Notes under the pieces: generated by a model | Seen by the model: the letters and a program-made list of their open reading frames with translations, nothing else | What the model was told of the DNA's origin: nothing | The model's database searches: none | Made by a program: the position numbers and the translations under genes | Shown here: positions 38,245 to 52,800 of the stretch, in pieces | Layout: each line of letters begins with the position of its first letter | Numbering within the stretch: position 1 is the stretch's first letter | Assembly (NCBI GenBank): GCA_043228905.1 | Contig: JBHGNT010000016.1 | Coordinates: 18,042,001-18,106,000 of the forward strand | From: Azolla caroliniana | Taxonomy: Eukaryota > Plantae > Polypodiophyta | DNA: 64,000 bases | Direction: 5' to 3'

Positions 38245-38904
38245 TGTCATGATATGGCAAGACTCGAACCCATGACCTTATGTTACATGGGTCGAGCTCT
38301 TGACCATTAGACTATATGTTGTAATACGAAGGATATTATTTTCATTTAGGTCTATAGAAAATTGATGTATATTCCAGATTTCTCTGGAACATTCTAGAAA
38401 CTTCAGGAGTACTCCTGAGAACATTATAAAAGGGGGCACAAGGCATTATTTCAAACCAAATTGGTTCAACGTCAATCTTAAGCCTCCTAGCTACTATTGT
38501 ATATTCCCTTAACATAATATATATCTTTTGTTATCCTGATTCCTGATTCTCTCTTTCTCTCTCTCTCACTCACTCTCTCCTTCTCTCGAGAGTTCTACAC
38601 CTCCCTTAGTACTAATCCTCATCTTTTAGTACTAATTCCTTCTCTATTTTCGTACTGTTCCTGACAGTACTTCTCTATCTTAGTACTACTCCTTCCAGTT
38701 TGAACCGATTTTTCTCTCCTTCCTTATCTTCCTTTATCTCCTTACTTCTCCCTCCCTTCATACTAATCTCTTCTTCCTCTTTTCTCTCATACTATGGCCA
38801 CTGTTAGTGCTCAAGAATATCAATCCGTTTTCTCAGAGCTGCAATGCTTGAAAGAGAAGTTCCTTGCTTTAGAGCAAGAAAATCAACGGTTATTGGGGGA
38901 TCTT
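38245..38904 (+). mobile_element. Tcn1-like Gypsy E: 5' LTR (38245-38697), non-tRNA PBS (38698-38710) and gag start
   Basis: LTR homologous to 55043-55515; TATAAAA at 38425; MATVSAQEY... starts near 38794. Confidence 0.82.
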
Positions 38905-41543
38905 TGTTGAGCGAGCAAGCTCAACCGGATCCAGATCGGTTGAAGAAGCCTGATTCGGATCGGTATCTGGAAACAACCAGCCGGATTGGGGAGACGGATT
39001 AGAGAGCCGGATTCAAGCGGGAATCGGAAGCCTAGTAGTAGCCTAGACTACTAGGTAATCATTGTCTCGTAGTTAGTGTCAGTCGCACGTAGGAATATTG
39101 AAGTACCTGTTAGTACTTCGGTCAGTCCTTTATGGACTTGTATAAATAGTGTTGTTAAGCATGTTGTATGTATAGAGTTATAAAGTATTTTCATTTTTTG
39201 AATCTACGCTTACGTTTTGCTCTCTCTGTCTCTCCCACGTATACTCTTTGTATACTAAGCTTCTCCATTAAACCTTCATCTTATTCTTTGTTGCTATCCG
39301 GCTGAGCCGGTTCTATCTAATGCTTCCGCACGTTTACATTCACATGGTATTAGAGCGCGAAGGTTGAGAACCTCTACAACCGACACTTGCTTCCGTAGAC
39401 AAACCCTAGAACCCGGTAACAACAGAAAGAGAGAAGATATGGACAGAGGGATGGTGAGTTCACTTCCAACAGAGAAGCTCGACCGGAGCAACTACACGTC
39501 CTGGTCATACAAGATGCACCAGTACCCGTTGGGGTATGGATATTGGAACTTCGTGGAAGGAACGAACGAGGTAGCGCTGGAGCCGGCACACAATGATGAC
39601 CTGGTATGGGAGCAAGGAGCGAGCCGAGTATTGTACTGCCTCGCTTCCTATGTGCACTATCAGATGCTTGGCTACCTCAAGGATGCAAAGATGCCGAAGG
39701 AGGCTTGGGGAAATCTGAGGAAGATTTTCGGCGCGAGTACCATAGCCTATAAGTTGCAGCTCCGGCAAGAGCTGAACAACATTTGGTAAAGAGACATGTC
39801 GGTTATGGATTACACCACCAAGATAAAGGAGATTTGCGATGCACTCAAGTCCATCAACGTGATGGTGGACGAAGACGAGATGATACAAATCTGCTTCAGT
39901 GGTCTAGCGTAAAGGTACGGGCCAATCCGGACAATGATCGCACCCGGGAGAAACCGTCGTCTTTCTTCGACTTGCAATCGATGCCGATGGTCGAAGAAAA
40001 CCACGTGAGTGGGTCAAGGACCACTCAATCGGACGGCCGGATGCTGTACACGGAGACAGATCGACCCCATGGACGTGGTGGACGAGGTGGGTTGGCACGC
40101 AATGGAGGCGGCCGGCAAGAGCAGGACCGGAGGCACAGAGGTGGTGCCGACAACAGTTCTGGACCTCCACAAGCAGGGAGAATCAAAGCGGCGCCGGGAA
40201 CCGGGAAGGAAAGGCCGACACGGAATGCTAGTACTATGGCAAAAAGGGCCATAGGGAAAGTGAGTGCTGGAAGAAGCGCGCCTATTCGGACAAATCCGGA
40301 TCCGGCAAAACCGATCGGGAGAACCGGCAAAGATCGCACTACGTGGAAGGATCAGAAGGATCCAGAACCGAGAAAACTAGTAAAGGGCCAACCTTCGTGA
40401 TGAAGCACAAGGCTAACTCAATGAAGAAGACTACTTCCAAATTGGAGGAAGTATGGTACGTTGATTCCGGAGCGTTCAACCACATGACGAGCCATGAAGG
40501 GTGGTTCTCTTTTTTGGAAAAGCTAGAACAACCAGGGATTGTTGAAACTAGAGACGACACCCCTCATCCGATTGTGCATGTCGGAGAAGTCCCTTATCGT
40601 TGACCAGGGGATGTAGGTGTGGTTTACGCATCTAGGGTGCTTCATCGAGGAAGAAGGCCGGATAATTGCGCAAGGGCGCAGAGAAGGGAGGATTTTCATC
40701 CTCAACACCAATGATGTTGGCACCGCCATGTTTGCCAAATGGCAGAAGATTGTGTCAGACATCGACCTGTGGCACAAGCGGATCGGCTATGTCAACTACC
40801 GGAGGCTTCAGGACCTGCAATTGAAACAAGTTGTCTTTGGTTTGCCGAAATTTAGTGGCCGGAAGGCTGAATTTTGTGAAGCCTGCAAACTCGGGAAGCA
40901 ACACCGGCTTCCATTACCCACCAAATGAAACCCGAGCCGTAACAAGCTTGATCTAATACATTCAGATGTATGGGGACTAGCATAGAACGTTAGTCTTGGC
41001 AGGAGTCGATACTTCGTCTCCTTCATCGACGACTACAACTGACACACGTGGATCTACCTCATCGAATGGAAGAGCGAAGTCTTCAAATGTTTCTGGAACT
41101 TGCAAAGCTTAGTTGAATGGGAAATGGAGAGGAAGCTCAAGAGCTTGTGGTTGGATGGCGGAGAAGAATACTTTTCCGGCCAATTCAACAGTTATCTGCA
41201 TCAGAACAGAATTCGGAGAGAATTCAGCTCCAGATACACGCCTAAGCAAAACGGTGTGGCCAAAAGGAAGAACCGGTCGAATCTCGACATGGCAAGGGCA
41301 ATGTTGGAGGAGAAGAGCATGCACCAATTCTACTTGGCTGGGGCGGTCTGGACGGCCGTCTACATCCAAAACCGGATCGGAGACAAGGTGTCATCACATG
41401 AGCTATATTTCGGGCGGAAGCGGAATTTGAGACACCTTTGGATATTCGGTACCATAGCATATGTGCATGTACCAGATGAGAAGCGGAAGAAGCTAGATCC
41501 GAAGTCGGAGAAATGCATCCTAGTCAGCTACTCGCATGAGCAG
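38905..41543 (+). mobile_element. Copia element G (lineage of B): 5' LTR 38905-39344, PBS 39345-39356, gag-PR-INT, degenerate
   Basis: TGTTGAG...TCACA TGGTATTAGAGC; KLQLRQELNNI, VDSGA, HSDVWG, KLDPKSEKCI. Confidence 0.9.
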
Positions 41544-42195
41544 TGTTGGCATAAAAGGCCGACTCCTTCCAAATTGTATCCGTCCTAGTGTGAACTCGTT
41601 AATAAGTTAGGGCTTAGTATATAAGTGAATACCTAACATTGTAATGAGTGATGATGAGCAGACTATTGTATCTCTGAGAAAGAACGAAGTAATAAGAAGC
41701 TTTCCATTAAAGCTCCATCAGTGTAAGTCTCCATGCCTATTCTATTTTTTGTATGTGTTGTTTGCTGTCCAGTACCGACTACAGATCCATACACGTTTCC
41801 GCACCTAGCACTCATAACCACAACTGGTATCAGAGTCGAATCTTTGCTGTTCGGCGGCAACAGAAAACAGAAGAAGCTGAAAGAAAAGACTAGGTTAGAA
41901 ATCTCACAAACAGAATATGGCTTCAACATCCGGAATAGGAGTTGAAAACAAAAAATTCGACAGCAAAAACTTTGCCTTGTGGAAGGAGATGATACAGGAT
42001 GTGTTGATCATTCGAAGACAGGTCGAAGCCATTCGGCACAACAAAATTGTAGTTGGAACAAGGACTGTATCAACGAACGAAATCACACGCTCCACGATCC
42101 GAATGCATCTGGTCGAAAACGTCTATTTTAGCATGGCAAAAGAAACGACAACGTTCTCCTTGTGGGAGAAGCTACAAGCCGTCTATGAGAAGAAG

Positions 42196-43731
42196 TGAAG
42201 TTAAAATCGTTGTTGGCCACAACCGGTTGTACGTGTGCGGAATAATAGTCGATCTAATGGAAAGGAAAAACAGAATACAAAAATTGAGAATGACACAGAT
42301 TTTAATGTGGAAACCCGAACTAGGAAAAAACCACGTGGAGTCCACACACTCCGAACAGAACACTATGAGAGAAAGGAATACAATCAGAGATCTCAGAGGC
42401 AACGACCTCGAGATCCTGCTTCACCAACAGGCGGCTATGGAGCTCACACGCTTCCACTCACGCTCGTTCACTCTCACAGTTACAGAGGCAACAACCTCGT
42501 CAACAGTAACTTTACAACAACGCACATATATAACATGATTGCCCTAAGTACTTATATACCTTTCGACTATTTACAAGTTTAGCCTTCCGTGTTGGCTATC
42601 TCCACGATTTCCGGATTTGTTCATCAACACGGTTCTTCTCACTTCCCATCCGGAGGGACCTATTTCCTAACAAACTCCCCCTTCACTCCGGCATGGGATG
42701 TCTTACTAGTCTAATCCGCTTCCGACATGCATCCAGCTTGTCGAGTATCAGTACTTTGGTCAGCATATCTGACCCGTTCTCGACCGTGTGGATCTTCGTC
42801 AGTGCGAACTCTCGATCTTCTACTTGCTCCCGGATCCAGTGATACCTACGTTGTCGTGCCTTTCGGCTCCGGATCGTTTGCGTGAGTCGGGTGGGAACCG
42901 CCGAGGTTTTGGACTAGGAGAAAGAAAAATACAAATAAGACTAGGAAAGAACAGGTATAAAGAGTTATAAGATAAGAATCTCGTGAATCCCACGAGTTTA
43001 GTATATTTAGTCAATATTTAGGTAGTAAGAGAGAATTATATTTAGCAAATTCGTGAATCCCACGAATATTTTAGATTGATTGATCATTATAGAAAAATAA
43101 TCAACAAAAACTACAATGTGCTCCCCATCCTTATATAGTGATGGGAGAGACTAAGCATAGCTACATGCTTTTTTCTAATATGTTCATGCACACTAAATGT
43201 GCATGTGATGCTTTTCTAATCCTTGCTTTTATTTGCTAAATATAGTGCTCATGCACGCTAGATGTGCATGAGTCACTTTTTAGTTGCTTGCGTTTTTCTA
43301 TAAAATATTCACGCACTCTAAATATACATGATTTACCTTTTAATAAAGGTAGGCGCAAATAAAGCACTTATAGTTATTAACACTAAAGATAAGGTATCAT
43401 AATGGTAAAGTTGAGGTTTGGCTACGTGGAGGTACAAGGTTCGAATCTTGCCCTATGCACGTGATAAATATCTTGATTATTTTTATTTTATTTATTTATA
43501 TGTAATTAAATCGGTTATATTATTTTTACTTTTTCACGTAGTGTACGAAATACACTACGACAACGTTGGATGTGCTTCATCCTGGAATGGTACGTTGCGT
43601 TCTTAGCAAGGTGGATGGCACTTTGACTGTCGCAATAGAGTCGGTATTCATCTTGCTGGATACCGAGCTCTCCGATGAAGTCCTTCATCCATAATATTTC
43701 CTTCCCATCCAGAGGGACCTGTTTCCTAACA
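42196..43731 (-). mobile_element. Deleted Tork-like Copia remnant I, TSD AGAAG
   Basis: TSD at 42191-42195 and 43732-43736; LTR 42196-42672; PPT AAGGGGGAG; RNase H end (KHIQRRYHW...NGSDMLTK); only the tip of the second LTR remains. Confidence 0.85.
42852..43562 (-). repeat. Solo LTR of family C, 4-bp TSD ACGT
   Basis: Reverse-complement homolog of 4322-5027; ACGT at 42848-42851 and 43563-43566. Confidence 0.93.
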
Positions 43732-46678
43732 AGAAGTCCTCATCTTCGAAACTTATCTTGATCAATCAATTGTTCAACATGAAGATGGCAATCTCCCACA
43801 TCAACACCTTCAGTCGAGTGTTGTCAGAGCTCTTGTCATAAGGGATCAACTTCGAAGAAGAAGTGAAAGCCCTTGCCCTCCTATCCCCGGGGGCTCCACT
43901 ATATATAAAGAGGTTATATCACATGCGTTCACGACACCTTTTATAAACCCCTTATACGTATGTTTTTTACTATTTTAGATACCCTTCTATAAAAACACAA
44001 TTAATAAAAATAACCCTTAGTGCCAATATATATTTTGACAACAACTCATTTTAAATGCCCTTACATAGAAGACACATGTATGTTTTATACATGTGTGTAT
44101 GTATGTATTATATTGTATTGCATATGTTGTATATATTTTATGCATGTATGTATGTGTTATGTGTGTGTTTATATGTATGTATTGCATTGCATGTATGTAT
44201 TGTATACCATGTTTATTTATGCATGTATTATATTGTATGTGTGGTATATCTTAGTTGTATGACATGTGTGTATGTATCTATGTGTTATGTGTGTATGTGT
44301 GTAGGGGCTCGTGTCTATTTGCACCTAAATCATAGATATTCTTTTACTAATAAAGACTCAAGAGTTCATTATTTGGTTTGATGCTATTCTATCTTTAAAC
44401 TTCATGAAATTTCATCATGAATACCCCATCACTACAAGAAGTTCCTTCAAATGCTCAGTAACTTCTCACATCACAATATTATTTAACGAGGAAGAGATTA
44501 ATATATGATTGATTCAATATGTGAAGCTTATCAAACATATATGTGCTACATGGGTCAAGCCACATTTGACATACATATCAATCACACTATTGGCAATACA
44601 ACATCTCTTTCTAATACACCTTTTTCTTAGATTATATAGTTTGCAACAAACAAACACATGCAAAACCAACTTGCTATAATAATGAAATACCTACGATTCA
44701 AATAATGTTTCAAACAAACAATGATTCATTAGATGAGAGGAAAGTAATATATTACAACTCATGCAATGATTTATTTATCAATCTCCTTCCTTTACAACAA
44801 GTAGAAATGAGGACCTTGCATTCTCCTAATGATGTAGCACCAAGAAAGATGAATACAATGTTAGGTGATAATAAAAATCCACAGACACACGGTCAATGAA
44901 GATTAAAGTGGGTGGGATTCAATGAATAAACACCCCCTTGGCTTCAGAAATGTTCCTAATAAATGTCAACCTCCAAATCCAAAAAGTCATGAAAGGAATG
45001 AAGACCATCCATACTTATAGAACAAAAGGCAATCATAGGAAGAAATGCATGCTTTGACCTCCCTTGATAGCTAGCCTCAAAACAAACTCATGGTATGAGA
45101 GCCTTGATGGTGCATTCTTTGCATAACTGAACACCAAAATAAAAACTAGTTAGATGTGAAGCCTAGTCTCAAGTATTGAAAGCTCCATATCCTTAAATAC
45201 AAATATATCATATAGAAAAGCAATTAAGCACAATGAGTCTTTGATGAAGATATCCAATTAACTCAACATCTCCATCACCACGCATAGTACATGAATATTT
45301 GTTGTTGAGCTCTCTTATAAATAGCCCATTATTTTTCTTCCATTTAAGATAATGAAAAGAAAACAAATATTTGAAGAAAAAACTTCAAACAAATGGGACA
45401 AAACTCTCATATTAGTTAAAAACAAGTTTTAAGAGAAAAAATTTGGAATAAGCAAAATATCATCTCCCTCTATACTTTCCTTTCCAACCATTTCATTCTT
45501 ATTTTTGCATACTTCTCTAATAGAAAGAAAGACGTAGATCATAAGCAAAACCCTTAGTCATAATAGTAAATTTTGTCGGCTTTTTGTTTCACTTTGACAA
45601 TAACCATCATCTAAGGTCTTCTAGTAATGTTTGTTTCTACCTTTGCAAAGGTCGAGGTGGATAGCCATCATCTAAGGTTGAAAAACATTGGGATTAGGTT
45701 TTCTTGAAGTAAACAAATTTTTCATCATTTTGTTTCAATTTCAAGAATAGAAAGGAAACACAATGAATACATTTTCCTAAACTATTATACATTCCTTGAC
45801 CAATATGCACAACCAAGCTTGGTTTCTACTAAGCTCCTAAGAAAGAATGGTGTTCAATCTTTTCTCATGACTTTATTTGCATGAAAAAGGACAAAATGTG
45901 CCACAATGAGTAAAGAACAAGGCTCAACATCCACCAAGGTCACAAGAAGAATACATACCGGGACAATGCAACGACGAGCAAGTCTTATTGTTGCAACAAT
46001 ACCCTTCACAACTTGCCTCACAATGTAGTATTACTCGAATCGAACTTGGTATGGTCCTTCCTAGAGAAAGCACCGACATCATGAGCTCCCCATGAGGCTT
46101 CTCAAGACCAAAAGAACTCTTCTTGATTGTGAAATGACAATAGAAAATACACAAATTAACATGGAAAAAAAGAACATGCGATGGAATGCTACCAATGCAT
46201 GTGTGCAGGCATTCATAAATGCATACAAATAGACACATACAAACACAACCATGCATATGAAAATACACATGCACACATATCAATATGGTAAAAAATTGAT
46301 ATGGTACTAAACCAATAACCCTCGAAAAGTGGTTTGGATCCTAATGGCCACAAATTCTCACCTTCTTGTAGCTCATCCTACACATCCTTGCTTGCGAAAG
46401 GAGGCCACTTCGAAGAGGTCGATCACGCTCATGGGTCCTCTCTTGCTCTCTTTGCTTTCTTTTCTTCTCTCTCTCTCTCAAACCAAAGCAACTCACTTAC
46501 TATTGACAACTCCAAAATGTAAACATACATACATCCATGTCATGAAGAAAAACCCCTTACAAATAAATTCCCAATAGCTACTTTTTCTAAGCAACTAGAA
46601 TCAATAAAGTGAAAAAGGCCGATAAAAAATGCAAACAAAAAGACACTACTTCTACTCGGATAGTTGAATTAATTAATT

Positions 46679-47023
46679 TTAATCAAACAATGAGAATCCC
46701 ATATCATCATCGATTTCTTCTTCTTTCTCTTTTACTTCTTCTTTCTCTTCTACAATAGGAGCACCACCATTACCCCCTCCCCCACCCGCAACCGATGTTA
46801 TTGCTCCACTAGACACAAAGTCGCGCCTCCTCCACCACCAATGATTACCTGGAAGACCAATCCAAGAGAGAGAGAGAGAGAGAGAGAGCTTCATAAGCAA
46901 GTGCTAAAGATTGAAGGAAGAATCAGCGGATCCCTCAAGGCAACCTCCATCCTCAGAAGCAAGGTGTTGCTTAGCACTCCAAGAGGCGCCACTGCTTCTG
47001 CCCATGAAGGTGAAGAAGGCCAT
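46679..47023 (-). pseudogene. RPP3: 60S acidic ribosomal protein P3 pseudogene captured in J
   Basis: MAFFTFMGRSSGASWSAKQH...LEGSADSSFNL*, then (frameshifted) VFQVIIGGGGG and EEKEEVKEKEEEIDDDMGFSLFD*. Confidence 0.8.
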
Positions 47024-47227
47024 AGATACAAGTAAACCTTGTCTCTCTCTATCTCGTTCCTCCTGTGAGAAAAAGGAAGAGATTCAGTAGTTAACAAAGA
47101 TGAATCTCTCTCTCTCTCTCTCCCCCCTTTCTTCTTTTTCCTCCCATTTTTGCTAACAACACATATCTATCTAATCTCCCCCCCTTTTCTTCCCCCATTT
47201 TTTCAAACAATTAGTGTTTTAAAAATA

Positions 47228-49363
47228 GTGTGTGTATGTTGTATATATGTGCATGTGTTGTGTGTATGTATGTAGGTACATATTGTATAATTTTATTGTA
47301 TATACAATATTGTATTGTATATATTGTATGTATGGCATGTGAGTGTATTACACATTATATTGTATGTATTGTGTGTATGGCATGTGAGTATGTAGGGTAT
47401 GTGTTATGTGCTTATTTGTATGTTCTATGTATGTGCATATGTATTGCATGCATATATTGTATGTTCTATGTATTGCATATGTATTGTATGTTCTATGTAT
47501 GTGCATTGTATTGCATGTGTGTATGTATGTATATGTTTTATACTTGTGCTTAAGTATGTATTGTATGTATTATATGTATAGCATGTATGTGTATGTTCTA
47601 TATATCTACATCTGTATTGTATTGCATGCATATATATGTGTTGTGTGTATGTATTGATGCGTATATGCATGTTTATGTATGTATATGTTGCGTGTCTGTA
47701 TTGATACGTATATGTATGTATGTACATGTTGTATTGCATTGTATCATTTTGTTTTTGCATTATTGTATATATGCATTGTATGTATGTCATGTGTGCATGT
47801 GTATGTATGACATACATATTGTATTGTGTTGTATGTATGGCATGTGACTATGTATATATATGTATGTGTTGTGTGTATGTATCAATGTATATATGCATGT
47901 ATGTACATGTTGTATTGCATTTTATTGTGTTGTATCATTTTGTATTAATTGCATTATTGTATATGTGCATTGTATGTATGGCATGTGTGCATGTGTATGT
48001 ATGTACATATTGTATTGTGTTGCATGTGTTGTATGTATGGCATGTGTGCATGTGTATGTATGCACATATTGTATTGTGTTGCATGTGTTGTATGTATGGC
48101 ATGTGTGCATGTGTATGTATGTACATATTGTACTATGTTGCATGTGTTGTATGTATGGCATGTGACTATGTATAATGTATCTATGTGCTATGTGTGTGTA
48201 TGTTCTATATAGGTGCATATGTATGTATTGTATGTATGGCATGTGTCCATGCACGTATGTGTTATATGTGTGTATCACATCTGTGTACGTATGTATGTGC
48301 TATATGTGTGTGTGTCTTCTATATTTCTACGTATGTATGTATGTATTATGTACATTGTATATATATCATGTGGCTATGTATGTATGTGTTATGTGTGTGT
48401 GTGCGTATTTTCTATTGATGTACATATCTATGTATTGTATTGCATGCATATATCCAATGTATGTGTAAGCATACATATATCTAATATGTGTTTATATGAA
48501 AGTATTGTAACTTGTATGACCTTGTATGATCTATATATATAGTGATATGTGGAATATGTATGTATGTACCTGTATGCATATATGCATGTGTCAATGCACA
48601 TGATTTAATGTGTCTGGATGTGTGTTTATAATATGTGCATAATATGTATGTATATATCTAATGTATGTATGTGTATGCATATATGTACTATTATAGTGTG
48701 TATGACCATGTGTGTGTCTATGTTCGTGTATGTGGTGATATGTATGTACATATGTAATGCATGTATGTTTGTAAAATTTGTATATGTAACATTGTAGGCA
48801 TATGTACGTACATATGTGTAGCAATCTATGAATGAAGATATGTATGTACATGTATGAATGTATGTATGTGTATATATGTAATGTATTATTTTTGGGATAT
48901 TTTCATGTCTAGAATGTGTATGGATCGTATATGGATTTATGTTTTCAATATTACGTAATATGCAATCATATATCTGATGTGTGTGTATGTAAGTATGTAT
49001 ATATGTGTCAATCTATGAATGAATATATGTATGGACATGTATGAATGTACATATGTGTATATATGTAATGTATTTATGTATGTATATTTTTGGGATATTT
49101 TCATGTCTAGTATGTGTATAGATAGTATATGGATTTATGTTTTCAATATGTACGTAATATGCAGTCATATATCCGATGTGTGTGTATGTATGTACGTATA
49201 TATGTGTAGCAATCTATGAATGAATATAATAATGTACGTATGTGTATATATGTAATGTATTTATGTATGTATATTTTTGGGATATTTTCATGTCTAGTAT
49301 GTGTATGGATCATATATGGATTTATATTTTCAATATGTACGTAATATGCAATCATATATCCGA

Positions 49364-49394
<31 letters not shown>

Positions 49395-49800
49395 ATATGT
49401 AAGTATTGTAGGTTGTATGGTTCCATATAACCTATATATATATATTGCGATATGTGGAATATGTATGTACATATGTAATATATATATATATATATATATA
49501 TGTATATGTATATGTATATGTATATATGTAATGCAGTCAATGTATGTATGTGTATGTCAATTTGTATATTGTGTAATAATATGAATGGATTATATGATAT
49601 GTAATATGTCATTTTTATGCATGTATGCATTTACATATTTGTATTTATGTATGTGTATGTACATATCTACATATGATAATATATATTCATGTTTAGTCAG
49701 TATGCATGTATAAATGGGTGTAATGTATGTATATACATATTTATGGATGTAATGTTTAAATGTAGGTACATATATGCATGTATATGTATGTATGTATGCA
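47228..49800. repeat. Degenerate (TATG/TGTA) low-complexity satellite inside J (also at 44060-44300), with local ~60-bp and ~170-bp tandem units
   Basis: Direct inspection. Confidence 0.9.
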
Positions 49801-52800
49801 TGCCACTCCAAATTTGACTATTGTTGGCACAATATATTCTTTATTATCTCATTGAAATATCTAATATTTCATGGGCTTATGTAATTTTTTTCTATAGCAT
49901 AATTGATAATACCCTTATGTAAATATATTTTTTATGCATTTGTTAATACCCTTATATATATACATTCTGTATCTCAATGGTTAATTTAAACCCCTTTTGA
50001 TGAACTCACGTGCTATCATACAAGTTTTCATAGTGAAGCCCCCGGGCTCCTATCGAGCTTGCCCATCACTCGACCGAGTCTTTCGATCGACAGAGTCGAA
50101 TGAAAGAACAAGCCGACAGAACCGGTTGTGCTACAGCCGCTCGAAAACAAGGGGTGACCGACAACGGTCAAAGTCAAGAACGGGCCGAACAAGTGAGTAC
50201 TGCACACACTGCAGGAAAGCTGGCTACAATGTTTCCAACAGCTGGTCAATAAAAAGAAAAGAGAGTGGTCGGCGATCTGAGCGGAATCGGGGATGTTCCG
50301 ACTCGGACCACTCTCCAGTCGGCAACCAGATCAATGTTGCCGACACCCGATCCGGAGAAATCCTCTCCCTAGAGGATTCGATGATCGGAGAAGTCCTCTA
50401 CAGTGCACAAGTTGCACACACGTGGCTACTAGACTCTGGTGCCACATTTCACGTGACCCCCAATGTTGAATGGTTCTCGAACTATTCTGCTGACGCTAGC
50501 GGCACAATCCGACTGGGAAATGGGCAGGAGTGCAAGATAGCCAGAACTGGGGAGGTTCCCATAAGATTGCCAAATGACAACACAATAACCCTACACCGAG
50601 TTCGGCACGTACCTGATCTAAAGAGGAGTCTGGTCTCCATCGGCATGTTAGCCAAAGACAGGTATCGAACGACTCTACACGAGTCGACGTGGGTGATCAG
50701 CCGGGGAAACCTCAAAATCGGTAGTGGGCATAAGTATAATAATCTATACCCATTGATGGCGATCAAACTTGAAGGGGTCGTGAACGTAGCCGAGAAAACT
50801 GACCCGAACTTATGACATGGCCGACTTGGCCACATGTCTCAAGCCGGACTTGATCGGCTGATGTCGGTCGGCTACATTCCGAAACTCCAGGCAAAGATGG
50901 ACTTCTGCGAGCACTGTTGATATGGGAAACAGACCCGATGTTCACACTCTCTCCATTACGAGATGGTACGACAACCCCTAGAGCTCGTGCACAAAGACAT
51001 ATGTGGGCCCATGCCAAAGTGATCACTAGGAGGCTCCCGGTACTTCATCACATTCGTAGATGAATGTACACGAAAAGTTTGGGCATACTCTATCAAGTCC
51101 AAAGATGAAGCGCTCGAGGTCTTCATTCGATGGATATCTGAAGTGGAGAACCGGTCGGGACACAGAGTGAAGACACTCCGATCCGACAACGAAGGTGAGT
51201 ACACCTCCAGAGCCTTCAAACAGTACCTGTCTGAAAAAGGGATCCAACATCAAAAGACCATTCCTTACACACCTATGCAGAATGGGGTGGCTGAACGGAT
51301 CAATCGAACGATCTAGGAGAGGGTGACGACAATGCTCCAGCAAGCCGGATTGAAGCTGGAATTCTGGGCCGAGGCATTGCAGATGGCAGTGTACCTGATA
51401 AATCTAGCGCCGTCAAGAGCAATTAGGCTCGAAGTACCACAGGCACTATGGTTAGACAAATAGCCGACCTACAATAGGCTTCTTATATTCGGATGCGAAG
51501 CCTAAGCATTCATCCCCAGGGAGAAAAGGACGAAGTTGGCACCCCATATAACAAAGTGCATATTTCTCGGTTATGGAACCGATGGGGACTTCGGCTACTG
51601 GCTATAGGACCCTGAGAACCGGAAATTGATCTGGAGCAATGACGTAGTCTTCAATGAAGACTCTATCTTCTCTCAGCGGAACCAACAGAAAACAATTGGT
51701 AAGAAGGTATCCTTCAAAGATGACAACATTGTCATAGAAGGACCGACCCAACGGGTTGAATCGGAGACTTGACAAACAGTCGAACTCCAACAAGGTGCCA
51801 ACTTCCCTGCCGACACCGAATCGGCAACAAGTCCTATCGTCGAACTCAAAGACAAAGTCTTCAAAGACACAACCGAATCGACAAGAGTCGACAAAGGCAT
51901 AGTCACTAAGAGGCAAGTCAGAACCGAGTCGACAACAACCATAGGGGAGAACAACTAGACACGTCACAAGTCTCCTGAAACAACTGGTTCAACAAATACC
52001 GATCGTCAATCAGAACCGATCAAAGGATCCGAACCAGATATTATGACATCCAGGAGATCTGGACGAGCTCGAAGGCCAATAGAGTTTTATCAACCGGGCC
52101 TCCACTATGTCAACTACATGGATGCAGGCGAACCAAGCACGTATGACGAAGCTATGGCCGCATTGGATGCCGAAACATGGTTGTAGGCCATGAAATCCGA
52201 AACAAGTACGTATCTGACTCAGAGAAACCCAAGTACAAAGCTCGGCTTGTCGCGAAAGGATTCAAACAGGAATACGGGGTCGACTACGACGAGATATTCT
52301 CACTAGTAGTCAAGATGATGACCCTCCAACTCCTACTAGGAGTCGTGGCGACAGAAGATCTAGAGAACGAGCAGATGGACGTAAAGACGACATTCCTACA
52401 CGGAGATCTGGAAGAAGACATATACATGTCTCAATCGGCAGGCTTCACGGTGACGGGGGAGGACAGTCACCTTGTATGTCGACTAAAGAAAAGTCTATAT
52501 GGCCTAAAACAAGTGCCGAGAATGTGGTACCAGAAGTTTGACTCCTACATACGGCAGCTTGGATACAACAAATTAGACTAGTCAAGGATCTATTTGATCC
52601 TATGCGTTGACGACATGTTGATTGTAGGGAGCTATCAAGCAGAGATCGGTAAGCTGAAGCGGAGCCTTCATGCAAAGTTCGCGATGAAGGAACTTGGACA
52701 AGCCCGACACATATTGGGCATGAGGATAGAGTGAAATCGGATGACCAAAACTCTCTGACTCTCCCAGTCCGAATACATCAGCAAGGTGTTAAAGCACTTC

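Larger units (their letters stand above)
43886..50046. mobile_element. Non-autonomous TIR DNA transposon J (6.16 kb), 17-bp TIR CCCGGGGGCT(C/T)CACTAT, 8-bp TSD CTCCTATC; superfamily unclear
   Basis: TSD at 43878-43885 and 50047-50054; the host gag frame is restored on removal; no transposase ORF seen. Confidence 0.88.

Noticed and set aside
47228-49811. Many Cys/Tyr/Met/His-rich ORFs
   Set aside because: Translation artefacts of TATG low-complexity DNA.
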